DNA of 64,000 bases. It comes from an uncultured delta proteobacterium. Lineage in GTDB: Bacteria > Desulfobacterota > Zymogenia > Zymogenales > Zymogenaceae. Numbering within the stretch: position 1 is the first letter of the stretch; every line of letters starts with the position of its first letter. Below are positions 17,789 through 29,341 of this stretch, piece by piece. A program made the position numbers and the translations under genes. The notes under the pieces are model-generated. The model saw only the letters and a program-made list of their open reading frames with translations, was not told the origin of the DNA and ran no database searches. The DNA is taken from positions 115,925 to 179,924 of the forward strand of contig CAWBYW010000016.1 in NCBI GenBank assembly GCA_963792965.1. The letters are read 5' to 3'.

Positions 17789-18591
17789 TCAGGGTACGCG
17801 ATCTCACCAAGATCTTCAATCCGGGCAGCGTCAATGAGAACCTTGCCCTGGACGACGTAACCCTCGATATCAAGAAGGGCGACTTCATCACCGTCATCGG
17901 CTCCAACGGCGCCGGGAAATCGACGCTGCTCAACCTCATCGCGGGCGTCTATCCTCCGGAGCGGGGCCGAATCGTCATCGACGGCGTTGACGTCACTTCC
18001 TTGAGGGAGTACGAGCGGGCCAAGTTTATCGGCCGCGTATTCCAGGATCCGATGATGGGGACTTCCGCCGCAATGACCATCGAGGAGAACTTCTCCATCG
18101 CCCTGGCGCGTGGCAGGAGGCGGACCCTTCGGTTCGGCGTGAATCACCGGACGAGAGACCTCTTCAAGAGCCGCCTGGCCCTGTTGGGGCTGGGGCTTGA
18201 GAACCGCCTCAAGGATAAGGTGGGCCTCCTTTCCGGAGGGCAGCGCCAGTCGCTCACCCTCCTCATGGCGACCCTCAACTCCCCGAAGGTGCTCCTCCTT
18301 GACGAGCATACGGCGGCGCTTGACCCCAAGACGGCGAAGCTCGTCATGGACATCACCACAAAGATCATCGAAAAGTACGAGCTGACAACCATCATGATCA
18401 CCCACAACATGCAGCAGGCCCTGGCCAACGGAAACCGGCTCATCATGATGCACCTGGGCAAGATTATCCTCGACGTACGGGGCCCGGAGAGGGACAACCT
18501 GACGGTGGAGGACCTCCTGGAGCAGTTCGGCAAGCTCAGGGGGAGCCTGACGGACAAGACCCTCCTTTCGATCAAGTCCGAGGCGCCGTAA
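17785..18591 (+). CDS. ABC transporter ATP-binding protein
   Basis: Walker A GSNGAGKST, signature LSGGQRQ, Walker B LLLDEHTAALD. Confidence 0.85.
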   Translation: MIRVRDLTKIFNPGSVNENLALDDVTLDIKKGDFITVIGSNGAGKSTLLNLIAGVYPPERGRIVIDGVDVTSLREYERAKFIGRVFQDPMMGTSAAMTIEENFSIALARGRRRTLRFGVNHRTRDLFKSRLALLGLGLENRLKDKVGLLSGGQRQSLTLLMATLNSPKVLLLDEHTAALDPKTAKLVMDITTKIIEKYELTTIMITHNMQQALANGNRLIMMHLGKIILDVRGPERDNLTVEDLLEQFGKLRGSLTDKTLLSIKSEAP

Positions 18592-18746
18592 AGACACCCC
18601 AAAAATGCTTCGCATTTTTCGGGGCCCCGTCAGAGAGGGGATAAAAGTGACAACGGTCTAAGAATAATGTGCCCAGTCATTAAACTCTCAGTACCTAGTT
18701 GGACGATCGTAGTATTAGAAAGATAGACCTTTCTTATTCCAGGTGT

Positions 18747-20117
18747 ATGTCAAAAAAAACCAAGACCCATTTCATTTGCCAGTCATGTGGATTTACCGTG
18801 CCACGCTGGGTGGGCAGGTGCCCCCAGTGCAACGAGTGGAACACCATCGTCGAGGAGGCCGTGCCGGAGAAGACACTGGCGACGTCGAGGGCCGCCCCCC
18901 GAAGCAGTGCGGTCTTCCTCTCGGCGGTAGACAGGACCGAGGTCTCCCGCATGGTCATCGGGATCGGAGAGCTTGACCGCGTGCTCGGCGGCGGGCTCGT
19001 GCCCGGCTCCGTGGTGCTCGTGGGAGGAGACCCCGGCGTCGGCAAGACGACGCTCTTGATGGAGGCGCTCTCCCGTCTGGCATCACACGGGGTCAAGACC
19101 CTCTATGTCTCGGGAGAAGAATCGGGGGCGCAGCTTGCCGTCCGCGCGGAGCGCCTGGGCCTTGATCCCGCCAAGATGCTCGTCCTTTTCACAACCGCGC
19201 TTTCCGACATCATGGATGCCATGGAGCGGCTCTCCCCGCGGGTCGTGGTCGTCGACTCGATCCAGACCACGGCCGACGACGAGGTCGAGTCGGCTCCAGG
19301 GGGCATCGGGCAGATCCGTGAGGTCGCCCAGAAGCTGACGCAGGCGGCCAAGGAAAAAGGGACCGCGATTTTTCTCGTGGGACACATCACCAAAGAGGGC
19401 GCCATCGCCGGGCCCAAGGTGTTGGAGCATCTTGTCGATACCGTCCTCTATTTCGAGGGGGGGACCCATTACCCCTATCGAATCCTCAAGGCCCACAAGA
19501 ACCGTTTCGGTCCCACCCACGAGGTGGGGATTTTTGAGATGCGAGAGCGGGGGCTTGTGGAGGTGACAAACCCCTCGGAGCTCTTCCTCACCCGGCGCGA
19601 CGAGCCGGTCTCCGGCGGCAGCGTTACCGCGGCGATCGAGGGAACCAGGACCATCATGGTCGAGGTGCAGGCCCTGACCACCCCGAGCGCGCTGGCCGTG
19701 CCGCGCCGGACGTCTCTCGGCATCGACTATAACCGGACCAACATCATCGCCGCGGTGCTCGAGAAAAAGGGGGGCGTCAACCTGTCGGGGCACGATATCT
19801 TCGTCAACGTCGCCGGCGGCATCAGGCTTTCCGAGCCCTCCGTGGATGCGGCGCTGGCCGCAAGCCTCATATCGAGCTTTTCAGACATACCGGTCGCCTC
19901 CGACACCGTCTTGTTCGGGGAGATCGGGCTCTCGGGAGAGATCATGGGCGTCTCTCAGGGAGCGCAAAGGATCGCGGAGGCCAAACGGCTCGGCTTTTCG
20001 AGGGCCATCGTGCCGGCCAAGAACGCGGAGGAAAAGGGGATGCCCTCCCAGATCGAGGCCGTCGGCGTGAGAACGGTCCGGGAATTGATCGACATCCTCT
20101 TTAAGGGCAAGAAGTAA
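18747..20117 (+). CDS. radA: DNA repair protein RadA/Sms
   Basis: N-terminal zinc ribbon (CQSCG...CPQCNEWNT), Walker A GDPGVGKTT, KNRFG motif, Lon-like C-terminal domain. Start at ATG 18747 within ORF 18699..20117. Confidence 0.9.
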   Translation: MSKKTKTHFICQSCGFTVPRWVGRCPQCNEWNTIVEEAVPEKTLATSRAAPRSSAVFLSAVDRTEVSRMVIGIGELDRVLGGGLVPGSVVLVGGDPGVGKTTLLMEALSRLASHGVKTLYVSGEESGAQLAVRAERLGLDPAKMLVLFTTALSDIMDAMERLSPRVVVVDSIQTTADDEVESAPGGIGQIREVAQKLTQAAKEKGTAIFLVGHITKEGAIAGPKVLEHLVDTVLYFEGGTHYPYRILKAHKNRFGPTHEVGIFEMRERGLVEVTNPSELFLTRRDEPVSGGSVTAAIEGTRTIMVEVQALTTPSALAVPRRTSLGIDYNRTNIIAAVLEKKGGVNLSGHDIFVNVAGGIRLSEPSVDAALAASLISSFSDIPVASDTVLFGEIGLSGEIMGVSQGAQRIAEAKRLGFSRAIVPAKNAEEKGMPSQIEAVGVRTVRELIDILFKGKK

Positions 20118-20161
20118 GGCGTCGTTGGGTAGGGCGATGCCCCGGCGGTTTCGGAGCCTCA

Positions 20162-23100
20162 TCAAAGGCTTACTTGGCGATGAGCTCGTCCAGCCGCTCG
20201 ATGAGTAATTCGACGCTGAAACGGCTTTTCGACGAACGGGCTTCCCGTAATCTTCAGGAAGGCCTGGGTGTCTTTTCCGAGGACGTCACCGGTGATAAAG
20301 AGAACCCTGTTGGAAAGGCCGGGGTGATATTTCTGAATAAAGGTATAGAGCTCTTTTCCGCCGATACCGGGCATCTTCATGTCCGAGATCACCACGTCAT
20401 ATCGCTTGCCGTTGATAGCCTCGATGGCCTCCTCGCCGCCCGTGCATAGATCCACCCGATGCCCCTCGTCGGCCAACGCTTCAAACAGGAGGTCCCTCAC
20501 GGATTTCTCATCTTCGACCACAAGCACCGACTTTCCGTTTCGCGGTCCGGCCGCCTTTTTCTGCATGGGCCGCTCCGTGCGTTCTTCCTCACTCGTGACG
20601 GGGAGCTCGATGCTAAAGCGTGTCGCCTTCCTTGGGGAGCTTGTCACGTCGATTTTCCCGCCATGCTCACCTATGATGCCGTAGACGATGGCAAGGCCCA
20701 AGCCCGTCCCCTTTCCGACCTCTTTGGTCGTGAAAAACGGATCAAAGATGTAGTTGATGATATCCTTGGGTATGCCCGGCCCGTCGTCCTCAAATTCGAT
20801 CGAGATGGCGCCGTTTTTCAGTACCGAGCGGATCACGAGCGTGCCCCCGCCGGCCGTGACCAGGGCGTCGTGGGCATTGTTGATGAGGTTGATGAAAACC
20901 TGCTGCAGCTGGTAGGGGTCGGCCGAGGTCTTGGGTATATCCTCGGAAAGATCCGTCTGAATCACGACGTTGTCCACCCGCAGCTCATATTCCCTGAGCC
21001 GGTACGATTCCATGATCACGTCGTTGATGGATATCATTTTTCGCTCGGGCTTGTGCTCGCGCGCAAAGGCCAATAGTCCCTGGATGATCTTCGACGAGCG
21101 GAAGGACTCTTTACGGATGATTTCGAGCTTTTCCCGTATGTGGGCCGGTATCTCCTTTCGCATCATCAGATCGGCGTGGCCGATGATGGAGGTCAGGGGG
21201 TTGTTCAGCTCGTGGGCCACCCCGGACAGGATCCCCCCGAGGCTCGAGAGCTTCTCGGCCTGGGCGAGCTGTCGCTCCATTTTCTTTCTCTCGGTGATGT
21301 CCTTGAGGAAGCCCTGGTAGCCGATGATCGCGCCCGACTTGTCCTTCCTGACGACCGCCGTCATCAGGCAGTCGAGCAACTGGCCGTCTTTTCGCGTGAA
21401 CGATATCTCGTGGTCCTTAACGAAACCCCTTTCCGCAAGAAGACGAATAATCCGGTCTCTTTCGTCCGACGGTGAATAGACCTCGGTGAGGTCCAGGCTC
21501 AAGAGCTCTTCCCTCGTGTATCCGGTGAGTTGTTCCGCCGCCCGATTGATGTCGATGATCCGGGCCTCTCTATTCGTCACGACGATGATATCCCGGGAAG
21601 TCTCGAAGATACCGCGGTACCTTTCTTCAGACTCTTTGATTGCCTCTTCGGCCTCTTTTCGCTCGGTGATGTCTCTGATGGTCCCCTGGTAGCCGACGAT
21701 AGCTCCTTTCCTGTCCCTCCTGGCCGCCGCGGTCATGAGGCAGTCCGCATACGTCCCGTCTTTTTTCCGCATAGTCAATTCAAAATCCTTGATAAACCGT
21801 GTCTTTCTATGGTCTCCTTGAATCGATTGCGCTCCGTGAGGATCCTTATAGAAGTAGCTGACGTTTCTGGAGAGGGTCTCCTCCCTCGTGTAGCCGAGGA
21901 TCGTTTCAAACGCCGGATTGACGTCAAAGATAGCTCCTTCTGGCGAGGTAATGAAGACGATATCCTGGGACGTCTCGAAAAAGCCGCGGTATTTCTCCTC
22001 GGACTCTTTGAGGGCCTCCTCGGCCCTTTTGCGCTCCTGTTCGCTCTCAATAGACCGACAGGGCAAATGCGATATCTCCGGCTACTTCCACGAGCAGGGA
22101 TGCTTCCTCATTATCGAAGACGTCGGCCTGGTCCCCATAAACCCCCAGCGCGCCGAAGACCTGTGTACCGACCACAATGGGCAGCGCCATGCATGAGCGG
22201 TAACCCCTTTTCAGCGCCTCCTTCCGCCAGGGCAGGAAGTCCGGATCATGGGCGGTATCATTGGTTATCCACGGGCGCTTCGTTTTGATCGCCGTCCCCA
22301 TCGGGCCCCTTGCCGGTTTTCGTGCTCATCCCAGGTTACGGTGATGTTCTTGAGATATCCGTCCTCAAATCCCCAGTAGGCCGCCGGGATGACTCGTTTG
22401 TGCCCCTCTTCGACCAGGCCGATCCAGACGAAGTGGTAGCCGCTCACCTCGCACAGGATCTCGCATGCTCCCTCAAGGATCGTATCTTTATCCTTTCACC
22501 TTCGCGATCAACTGGTCGATGTTCCTCAGCGACCGGAGGAGCCGGTTGAGGTGGGCGATCCGCTCCTGCGCCCGCTTCCATTCGGTGATGTCCCTCCCGA
22601 GGCCGTGCGCCTCGACGACTTTCCCGTCCTTCCAGATCAGGGTTTCCCTCATCTCCACCGTCCTGATTTCTCCGCCCTTATCAACAATGGAAAGATCGAA
22701 GGGGCCGATATCCTCGCCCTTTCGCTGTCTCTCGAAGAGCTCGGGAATCTTTTTCACTGATTCCGGGGCCAAGAGCTCAATGTAGTTTTTCCTGATCAGC
22801 TCATCCCGGGTATACCCGGAGACCCGCGCGAGGGCCCGGTTGAGATAGAGTATCTTTCCGGTTCCGTCCGTCACGTAGACGATGTCGTCGATGTTCTCCA
22901 CCAGCTCCCGATAGCGCCGTTCCGACTCCCTGAGCGCATCCTCCGCCCTCTTACGCTCGGTGATGTCGCGCCCGATCCCCTGAAATTCCACGATGCGATT
23001 TCCGCTCCAAACCAGTTTTTCCCGGGTCTCGATGGTCTTCAGCGTAACCGTCGGCATCAAAGACATCAAGGCGGAAGATCCCGACATCCTCACCGGCGCG

Positions 23101-24495
23101 CTGGCGCGCTGAAGACGTCGGCGGCGGTCTCCAATGAGCCGGGCGCAAGGAAATCGGCGAAGCTCCGTCCAATCACCTCCTCCCGTCGACGTCCGATAAA
23201 CTCCTCCGCCGCGCTGTTCAGAAAAGTGATTTTCCCCTGCTCGTTGGTAACGTAGACGATATCCGCGATATTCTCGACCAGCTCCCGGTAGCGTTGTTCC
23301 GACTCCCTGAGAGCCAGCTCGGCCTCCTTGCGCCTGCTGATATCCGTTACGATAACCTGAACAGCCGGCTTTCCCCGATACGTGAGAGGTGTCGCAAGGA
23401 CATCGACGGGAACGGCGGTGCCATCCAGCCTGACGTAGACATTCTCCGCCGGGTAGAGCCCTTCCTCTCCGGACAACATCCGCTTAATCCGGTCCTCGGC
23501 ATCTTTCAGATAGTCGGGGTGGATGATCTGCTTAATATCACGGCCGGTTATCTCGTCGGGGGATCCCGCGCCGAGGATCTTTGCCCCCTCCATATTCGTG
23601 AAAACGATCTTCCCCTCGGACTGGACGGCTATACCCACGGGGGCGATCTCAAGGAGTTTACGGTAACGCTCCTCGCTCTCGCGGAGGGCTTCCTCGGCCT
23701 CCCTGCGCTCCGTAGTGTTTCTTCCCACGCCCAGAAAGCCGGAGGGCCGCCCGTCGGCGTCCCTGAGGAGCGTCACGTTGATCTCGCCCCAGAAGGTGGA
23801 ACCGTCCTTCCGACAAAACTCGAGCTCCATCGTTCGGGATATCTTCACGTTCGGGTCGTAAAGCCGCTCAGGCGTCAGGTCTTCCGCCATCGCCCCGGCG
23901 GCGATCCGATACGAATCGGGGGCCATGCTTTTTTCAAGAGGAAGGTCACGGAGCTCCTCGAGGCTGTACCCCCGGTTGAATGCGACCGAAGGATTCGAGT
24001 ACGTCGTGCGAAAGTCCATGTCCATCATCCAGACGGTGTCGTTCATATTCTCGGTGATGATGCGGTAGCGCTCGTCTTTTTCGCGCAGGGCCGCCTCGGC
24101 GCGCTCTTTTTCGATCCGGAGCCTTTTTTGTTCGAGGGCGACGGCGACGGCGGGCCCCAGCCCTTCATATGCTCCTTGATGACGTAGTCGGCCGCGCCCG
24201 CCTTCATGCACTCGACGGCGGTGTCCTCGTTTTGCGATCCGGTCAGGATGATCACGGGCGTTATCGGCGCGCGCTCAAGGGTAAGTTTGAGCGCCGTCAG
24301 CCCGTCAAAGGAGGGGAGCTTGAAGTCCGAGACGATGAGGTCGGGACGGAACGCCTCGAGGGCCGCGAGGAACTCCTCGCGCGTCTCGACCGTCCGGAAG
24401 ACACACTTCTTGCAGCTCTTGCCGATCTCCCGCTCGGCCAATTCCGCGTCCGTCGGGAGGTCTTCGACGATCAGGATGCGCGTGGGCTCATCCAT
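20162..24495 (-). CDS. hybrid sensor histidine kinase REC-PAS(x3)-GAF-PAS(x2)-HisKA-HATPase-REC (~1440 aa), about 7 frameshifts as assembled
   Basis: The ORF-track fragments are contiguous in domain logic. They are: 24043..24495 (REC, ILIVEDL...LIVSDFKLP); 23090..24211 and 22488..23093 (PAS units ending in R(K/R)xAE linkers); 22265..22447 and 22047..22301 (GAF-like); and 20162..22066 (2 PAS, H-box GVAHELNNPLTSI, DDGPGI, GTGLGLAIV, C-terminal REC VLVVEDE...VVISDMKMPG). Single-base shifts near 24162, 23095, 23048, 22494, 22305, 22050 and 20220 rejoin the frames. The restored stop is at 20170. Confidence 0.8.
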
Positions 24496-24543
24496 TGGGT
24501 TTCACCTTCGCTTCATTGATAAGAAGGGATGCCGTCGGCCCGC

Positions 24544-24986
24544 CTAAGAAGGGGGCTGATTCACCAGCAGCCAGTAGAGCCCGAGGTTGCTCATCGCCTG
24601 AAAGAACTGGTCGAAATCGACCGGTTTGACCACGTAGCTGTTGGCGCCGAGGGCGTAGGCCTCCTTGATGTCCGGGTCTTCCCGCGAGGAGCTCACGACG
24701 ACGACGGGGATGCTTTTCGTCCGCTCGATGCCCTTGATCACCCGCAGAACCTCAAGACCGTTCATCTTGGGGAGCTTCAGGTCAAGGAGCACCACCTTGG
24801 GAAGCTTCATCGTCTTTCTTTCCGCGTATTCCCCCTGGGCCAGGAGGATATCCAGCGCCTGCGCCCCGTCCTGCGCAACATAGATCTGGTTTGCCAGATG
24901 GTTTTTCTTGAGTGCCCTGACCGTCAGCTCGGCATCATTGGGATTATCCTCCACCAGGAGGATGTCTAATCGGTTCGATGTTGCTC
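24544..24986 (-). CDS. single-domain response regulator (CheY-like), 5' frameshift as assembled
   Basis: [25 protein letters not shown] and YVVKP motifs. The ATG at 24984-24986 overlaps the TGA of the upstream kinase (ATGA). It reaches the main frame if one base of the AA run at 24968-24969 is removed. The ORF track instead starts at GTG 24954. Confidence 0.75.
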
Positions 24987-27508
24987 ATGAAGTCCCCCCT
25001 TCATTGAGTAGGGCAAAGTAAAACGCGGCGCCTTTTTCCACTTCTCCTTCGGCCCAGACCCGCCCGCCGTGGCGGTGGATCACCCGCTGGACGATAGCGA
25101 GGCCGACGCCGGTGCCCGGAAATTCCCGCTCGCCGTGGAGCCGCTGAAAAACCCCGAAGAGCTTGTCCGAATAGCGCATGTCAAAGCCGGCGCCGTTGTC
25201 CCTGACGGAGTAGATCGCCTCGCCGTTCTGTATTTCTCCGTTTACCTCGATTACCGCCCGCTCTTTCTTGGACGAAAACTTAACCGCGTTCGATATGAGG
25301 TTCACCCACACCTGCCGAATCATCGTCGGGTCTCCCTCGAAGCGCGGCAATTTCCCCACCCGAAAGTCGATGCGTCCGCGGCCTTCCTCGTTCGTCAGCT
25401 CGAAAAAGACGGAGCGCGCCAGAATCCCCATATCGATCGGGGCGGCCTGCATCTCGACGCGCCCGATGCGCGAGAACGCCAGCAGATCGTCGATGAGCCT
25501 GCCCATTTTGTTCGTGTTATCGCGGATGATCGCGCTCAGGCGCCTTCCCTCCTCGTCCAGAGACGCCTCGTGCTCCTCGAGAAGGACCTTGGTGAACCCG
25601 TCGATGGCGCGCAGCGGGGCGCGCAGGTCGTGCGACACCGAGTAGCTGAAGGCCTCGAGCTCCTTGTTGGAGGCCTCCAGCTGCGCCGTGCGGTCGCGCA
25701 CGCGCTGTTCCAGCTCCTTGTTGAGCGTCTGAATTTCTTCCTCCGCCCGCCTGCGGTCGGTGATATCGAGCGCCGAAGACAGCGCACCCGTCACCTTTCC
25801 GCTTTCGTCTTTGAGCACACGGCACCACCAACCGAGCAGTCGACTTTGGCCGTCACTGCGCCGCTGCCAGCTCTCGACGTAGAAAACGTTTTCAACACCG
25901 TCAAAGAGTGGCTGCACCACGGTCATAGGTTTCCTGCTCACCGACGAAGTAACCGGCCGCTTCTTTCCCGATTACGTCCTCCCCGAAGAACTCGAGGCCC
26001 GCCTGATTGGCCCAGGTATAGACCTTGTTGTTGTCCACCTCCATGATGATGTCGCTAACGGCGTCCAGGATGGCCTCCTGGCGATTAGACAACGCCCGCA
26101 AATTCTCCTCGGCGCGTTTTTTTTCGGTGATGTCTCGTAGGACGGACCGGCTATAGAGGATTTTGCCCTTCGCGTCTCTCACCGCGCTGGTGCTGAGCAT
26201 GACGTCGATCGTCGTCCCGTCCTTTCGCAGTATCTTGAGCTCTTCGCCGTGCACCTCTCCCGTCTTCAGAAAGGTCGGGAACACCACCTTGCCGGGAACG
26301 TTCGGCGCTGTCCGGATGATATATTTCAAAGACGGGGCGGCCGATGATCTCGTCCTTCGTGTACCCCGCTTGCCCTGGCAAACGTCTCGTTGCAGCTTGA
26401 TGATTTTCGCCGTTTTTGCGTCCACCGATACGAACATGTCGGGGGCGTTTTCGTAGAGGTCCTCGTATCGTGCCTCCGACTCCCTGAGCGCCTCTTCTGC
26501 CCGCTTGCGCTCCGTTACGTCCCTCCCGATTCCGTGGACTTCCTTGGCTCTCCCTTGTTCCCAAATGAGCCGCTCTCTTGTTTCGACCGTGTGGATAGCG
26601 CCGCCCTTACCGTGTAGTTTGACTTCAAACGGGCCGACATTTTCCCCGGCGAGTTGTCGTTTATATACACGCGTAATATCCTTATACGAGTCGGTTGTGA
26701 GGAGGCTCTTCGTATTGAGCCTGAGGAACTCTTCCCTCGAATATCCCAGTTTTGACGCGGCGGCGCTGTTGACGAACGTTATGTTTCCCTTATCGTCAAA
26801 GACATAGATAATGTCCTCGATATTTTCTACGATATTGCGGTAGCGCTCTTCGCTTTCCTCGATCCGGCGCAGCATCGGAGACGAGACCCGCAGGAAGAGA
26901 AAGGCGCCGACAAGCGCCAACAGGAGCGCAATGGAACCCGCGGTCAGGCCCGCCCGGACGAAGGGGGCTTTGACCTCCGCAAGGTCGATCTTGGCCACGA
27001 CGCCGAGGCCCAGCGCCTGCACCGGCTCGTAGGCCGCCAGCACCTTCTCCCCCCGGTAGTCGATGCCGACCATCGTCCCGGAAAGCCCCGAGAGGGCGCG
27101 TCGCATTGGCTCGGCCACGGGGGAATCGAGTGGGAGGATCGTCGGCGCCTGGGCCTTCTCGGCGAATCTTCCTGCGAACAGGAAGACCATCGAGTCTCCC
27201 TCGCGACGGGCGACGACGACCTCCCCGCTCACTGTTTCGGGATGATAATGGATGTGAGACTCAAGGAGCTCCCGGAGCTTTGCGTCGTCTATTTTTTTGA
27301 CTCGACTCCCGGCCACTATTCCATTTGCGCGGGTGATCTCCTCAAAGTGCAACGCCTGGCTCCGCGCGATCTCTGACAGGCGCTGCTTCTGCTCCTCGAT
27401 AGCCGCCCGGTAGAGCATGCTGATCGTGACGCCGAGGACGACGAGAATAATCGCGGTCATGATGAGGATGAGGATGGCGATTCTTCTTCCGCTCTCTTCA
27501 CGGTCCAA
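24985..27508 (-). CDS. membrane sensor histidine kinase (extracytoplasmic domain, PAS units, HisKA-HATPase), about 4 frameshifts as assembled
   Basis: ORF 25901..27508 contributes a TM helix (IAILILIMTAIILVVLGV), a ~150-aa loop, a second TM and PAS units. A local double or triple frame change at about 26300-26400 is visible from the alternative-frame peptide GYTKDEIIGRPVFEIYHPDSAE. ORF 24985..25941 contributes H-box SVSHDLRAPLRAI, DNGAGFD and GTGVGLAIV. The junction shift is near 25920. Confidence 0.8.
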
Positions 27509-27969
27509 GACCTCGCTGTTTATCTTTTAGAATGCAGAGTGAACACGAATCCGCCGCCCACGTCTTGTCGGGATCTTTGAGAACAAACCAATACGTTAGT
27601 TAGTGCCGTGAATTGAGACTACCCTCCGAGAGCATGCCGTGCCGTCTCCGAGCACGGATTTCACCGCGTAAAGTCAGTTCGACCGATGGCCCGCCGCGAG
27701 AGGTCGCTGTGGAAGTTGAATAGTAAGACGGTACTGATAGTCGCCACGAATGTGAGCTGATGGAGGGAGCGGTAACATACAACGTGCCCCGGTCTCTCTT
27801 GATTAACCAATAACGATTCTTATGATATTATCCGCCGTTTTATTTGATTATGCAAACAGTATTTTGGATATCCTTTCACTATCATATCAGATTAGTATAC
27901 GCATGCCCGTTTTTGCGCTTCATGCTCGGATAAGAAACGGCCATTCATGCGCCTTCCTTCTCTCCCCAA

Positions 27970-28614
27970 TCACAGCCGGATCACGATGGTGTCGCATATC
28001 ATGTCGTGCCACCCCTGCCGCTCCTCGTCCCAGATGATCCACAGGAATCCGACGAAGAGCAAGAGCCCCGATGGAATATAGCACACAAGCCTTAGGGCGG
28101 AGATCGGAAAGGATACCGCCCTTCCATCACTCATGACCACCCTGATGCCCATGATCATCTTCCCCACGGTCTGCCCGAACAGGGTAGTCATCACGATGAA
28201 GTAGAGGGGCGGAACGGCAATCCCGACAAGGAGTCCCGCTTTCAGGAGGGGAGAAAGGAATCCAAGGAACTCCAGGCCCTGGCTCGTGAGTATCATGTCT
28301 ACAATCCCCGTGGTCTTATCTATGAGAAGCGCCGCTCCCAATAGGAGCGCCAGGTCGAACATGAAGACAAAGAGGATATCGAAGGCCATCGCAAACGACC
28401 GGATGAAGAAACCGGCTCGCCTGAAATCGGCGATATTCTTCTTTGGAACAGGGGCATCATGCCGCGCCGGAACAGTCGCCTTCCTCCGACGGACGAGCGG
28501 CTCTCTTTTCGGGCTTTTCACGGCAACCGCCTGTCGGCCGGGCAACAGGGCGCCGCATGAGCGGCAGCGCAGCGCGTCGGCCCTGTTATAGTAGTCGCAC
28601 TCGGGGCATTTCAT
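27970..28614 (-). CDS. RDD-family membrane protein with N-terminal zinc ribbon
   Basis: MKCPECDYYN...CRSCG zinc ribbon, then a polytopic region ending GWHDMICDTIVIRL, which is typical of RDD domains. Start at ATG 28612-28614 within ORF 27970..28746. Confidence 0.7.
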   Translation of the reverse strand: MKCPECDYYNRADALRCRSCGALLPGRQAVAVKSPKREPLVRRRKATVPARHDAPVPKKNIADFRRAGFFIRSFAMAFDILFVFMFDLALLLGAALLIDKTTGIVDMILTSQGLEFLGFLSPLLKAGLLVGIAVPPLYFIVMTTLFGQTVGKMIMGIRVVMSDGRAVSFPISALRLVCYIPSGLLLFVGFLWIIWDEERQGWHDMICDTIVIRL

Positions 28615-28618
28615 CGTC

Positions 28619-29341
28619 TCAGCGCCACCCCCACTCGTATTGAACGATCGCGGCCGCCACCAGCGGCGCGGTCTCCGCCCGAAAAATGAGCCCGCCGAGG
28701 CCCGCCACAATAAGGCCGGCCTCCCGTGCGCCGGCGATCTCGGCACCCGAGAAACCGCCCTCCGGGCCGGTGAAAAGGGAGATCGTGCCGGGGGGGTCCG
28801 TCACCTCTCCGATGATCTCCTTTATTCCCCTGGTCTCCTCCTCCGAGAGGATGAGGGAAAGGCCCCCGCGAAGCTCGACGGCCTCCGAAAAAGCGAGGGG
28901 GGAATGCACCTCCAGCGCGCGGTTTCGCCGCGCCAGCCGGGACTCCTCCTCGGCGATCTTCTTCATTCGCGCAAGCTTCATGTCGCCGATATCACGCACG
29001 ATCGTCCGTGATGAAACAAAGGGAGTCACCGACGAAACGCCAAGCTCGGCCGCGTCCCGAACGAGGCGCTCCATCTTTTTCCCCTTCAGAAGCCCGATAA
29101 AGAGGTGAACGGCAAGCGAGGCCTCGGGGTGCGGCGGCATCTCTTCAATAACGACGAGCGACACCATCTTCCGTGAGACGGCCGCCGTCCGCGCCGCGAA
29201 CTCGTGCCCCCTCTCGTCCACAAGGCAGATCGTATCGCCGACCGAAAGCCTCAACACATCCCTGATATAGTGGGCCTGCTCGGACGAAGGCATGATCGCC
29301 GCCCCCGAGGAGAGCGTCCCCTTAACGAAGAGCCGCTTCAT
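28619..29341 (-). CDS. rsmE: 16S rRNA (uracil1498-N3)-methyltransferase RsmE
   Basis: MKRLFVKG...EQAHYIRDVLRLSVGD..., LFIGLLKGKKMERLVRDAAELGV and GPEGGFS motifs. Start at ATG 29339-29341 within ORF 28619..29422. Confidence 0.8.
   Translation of the reverse strand: MKRLFVKGTLSSGAAIMPSSEQAHYIRDVLRLSVGDTICLVDERGHEFAARTAAVSRKMVSLVVIEEMPPHPEASLAVHLFIGLLKGKKMERLVRDAAELGVSSVTPFVSSRTIVRDIGDMKLARMKKIAEEESRLARRNRALEVHSPLAFSEAVELRGGLSLILSEEETRGIKEIIGEVTDPPGTISLFTGPEGGFSGAEIAGAREAGLIVAGLGGLIFRAETAPLVAAAIVQYEWGWR

Noticed and set aside
27590-27790. Cobalamin- or SAM-riboswitch-like fragments (AGCTGATGGAGGGAGCGGTAA on the plus strand; ATCAAGAGAGACCGGGG on the minus strand).
   Set aside because: Only short partial resemblances were found, and the conserved elements are missing or in the wrong order. 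No plausible regulated gene lies downstream on the plus strand. The region is left as an unexplained intergenic interval.
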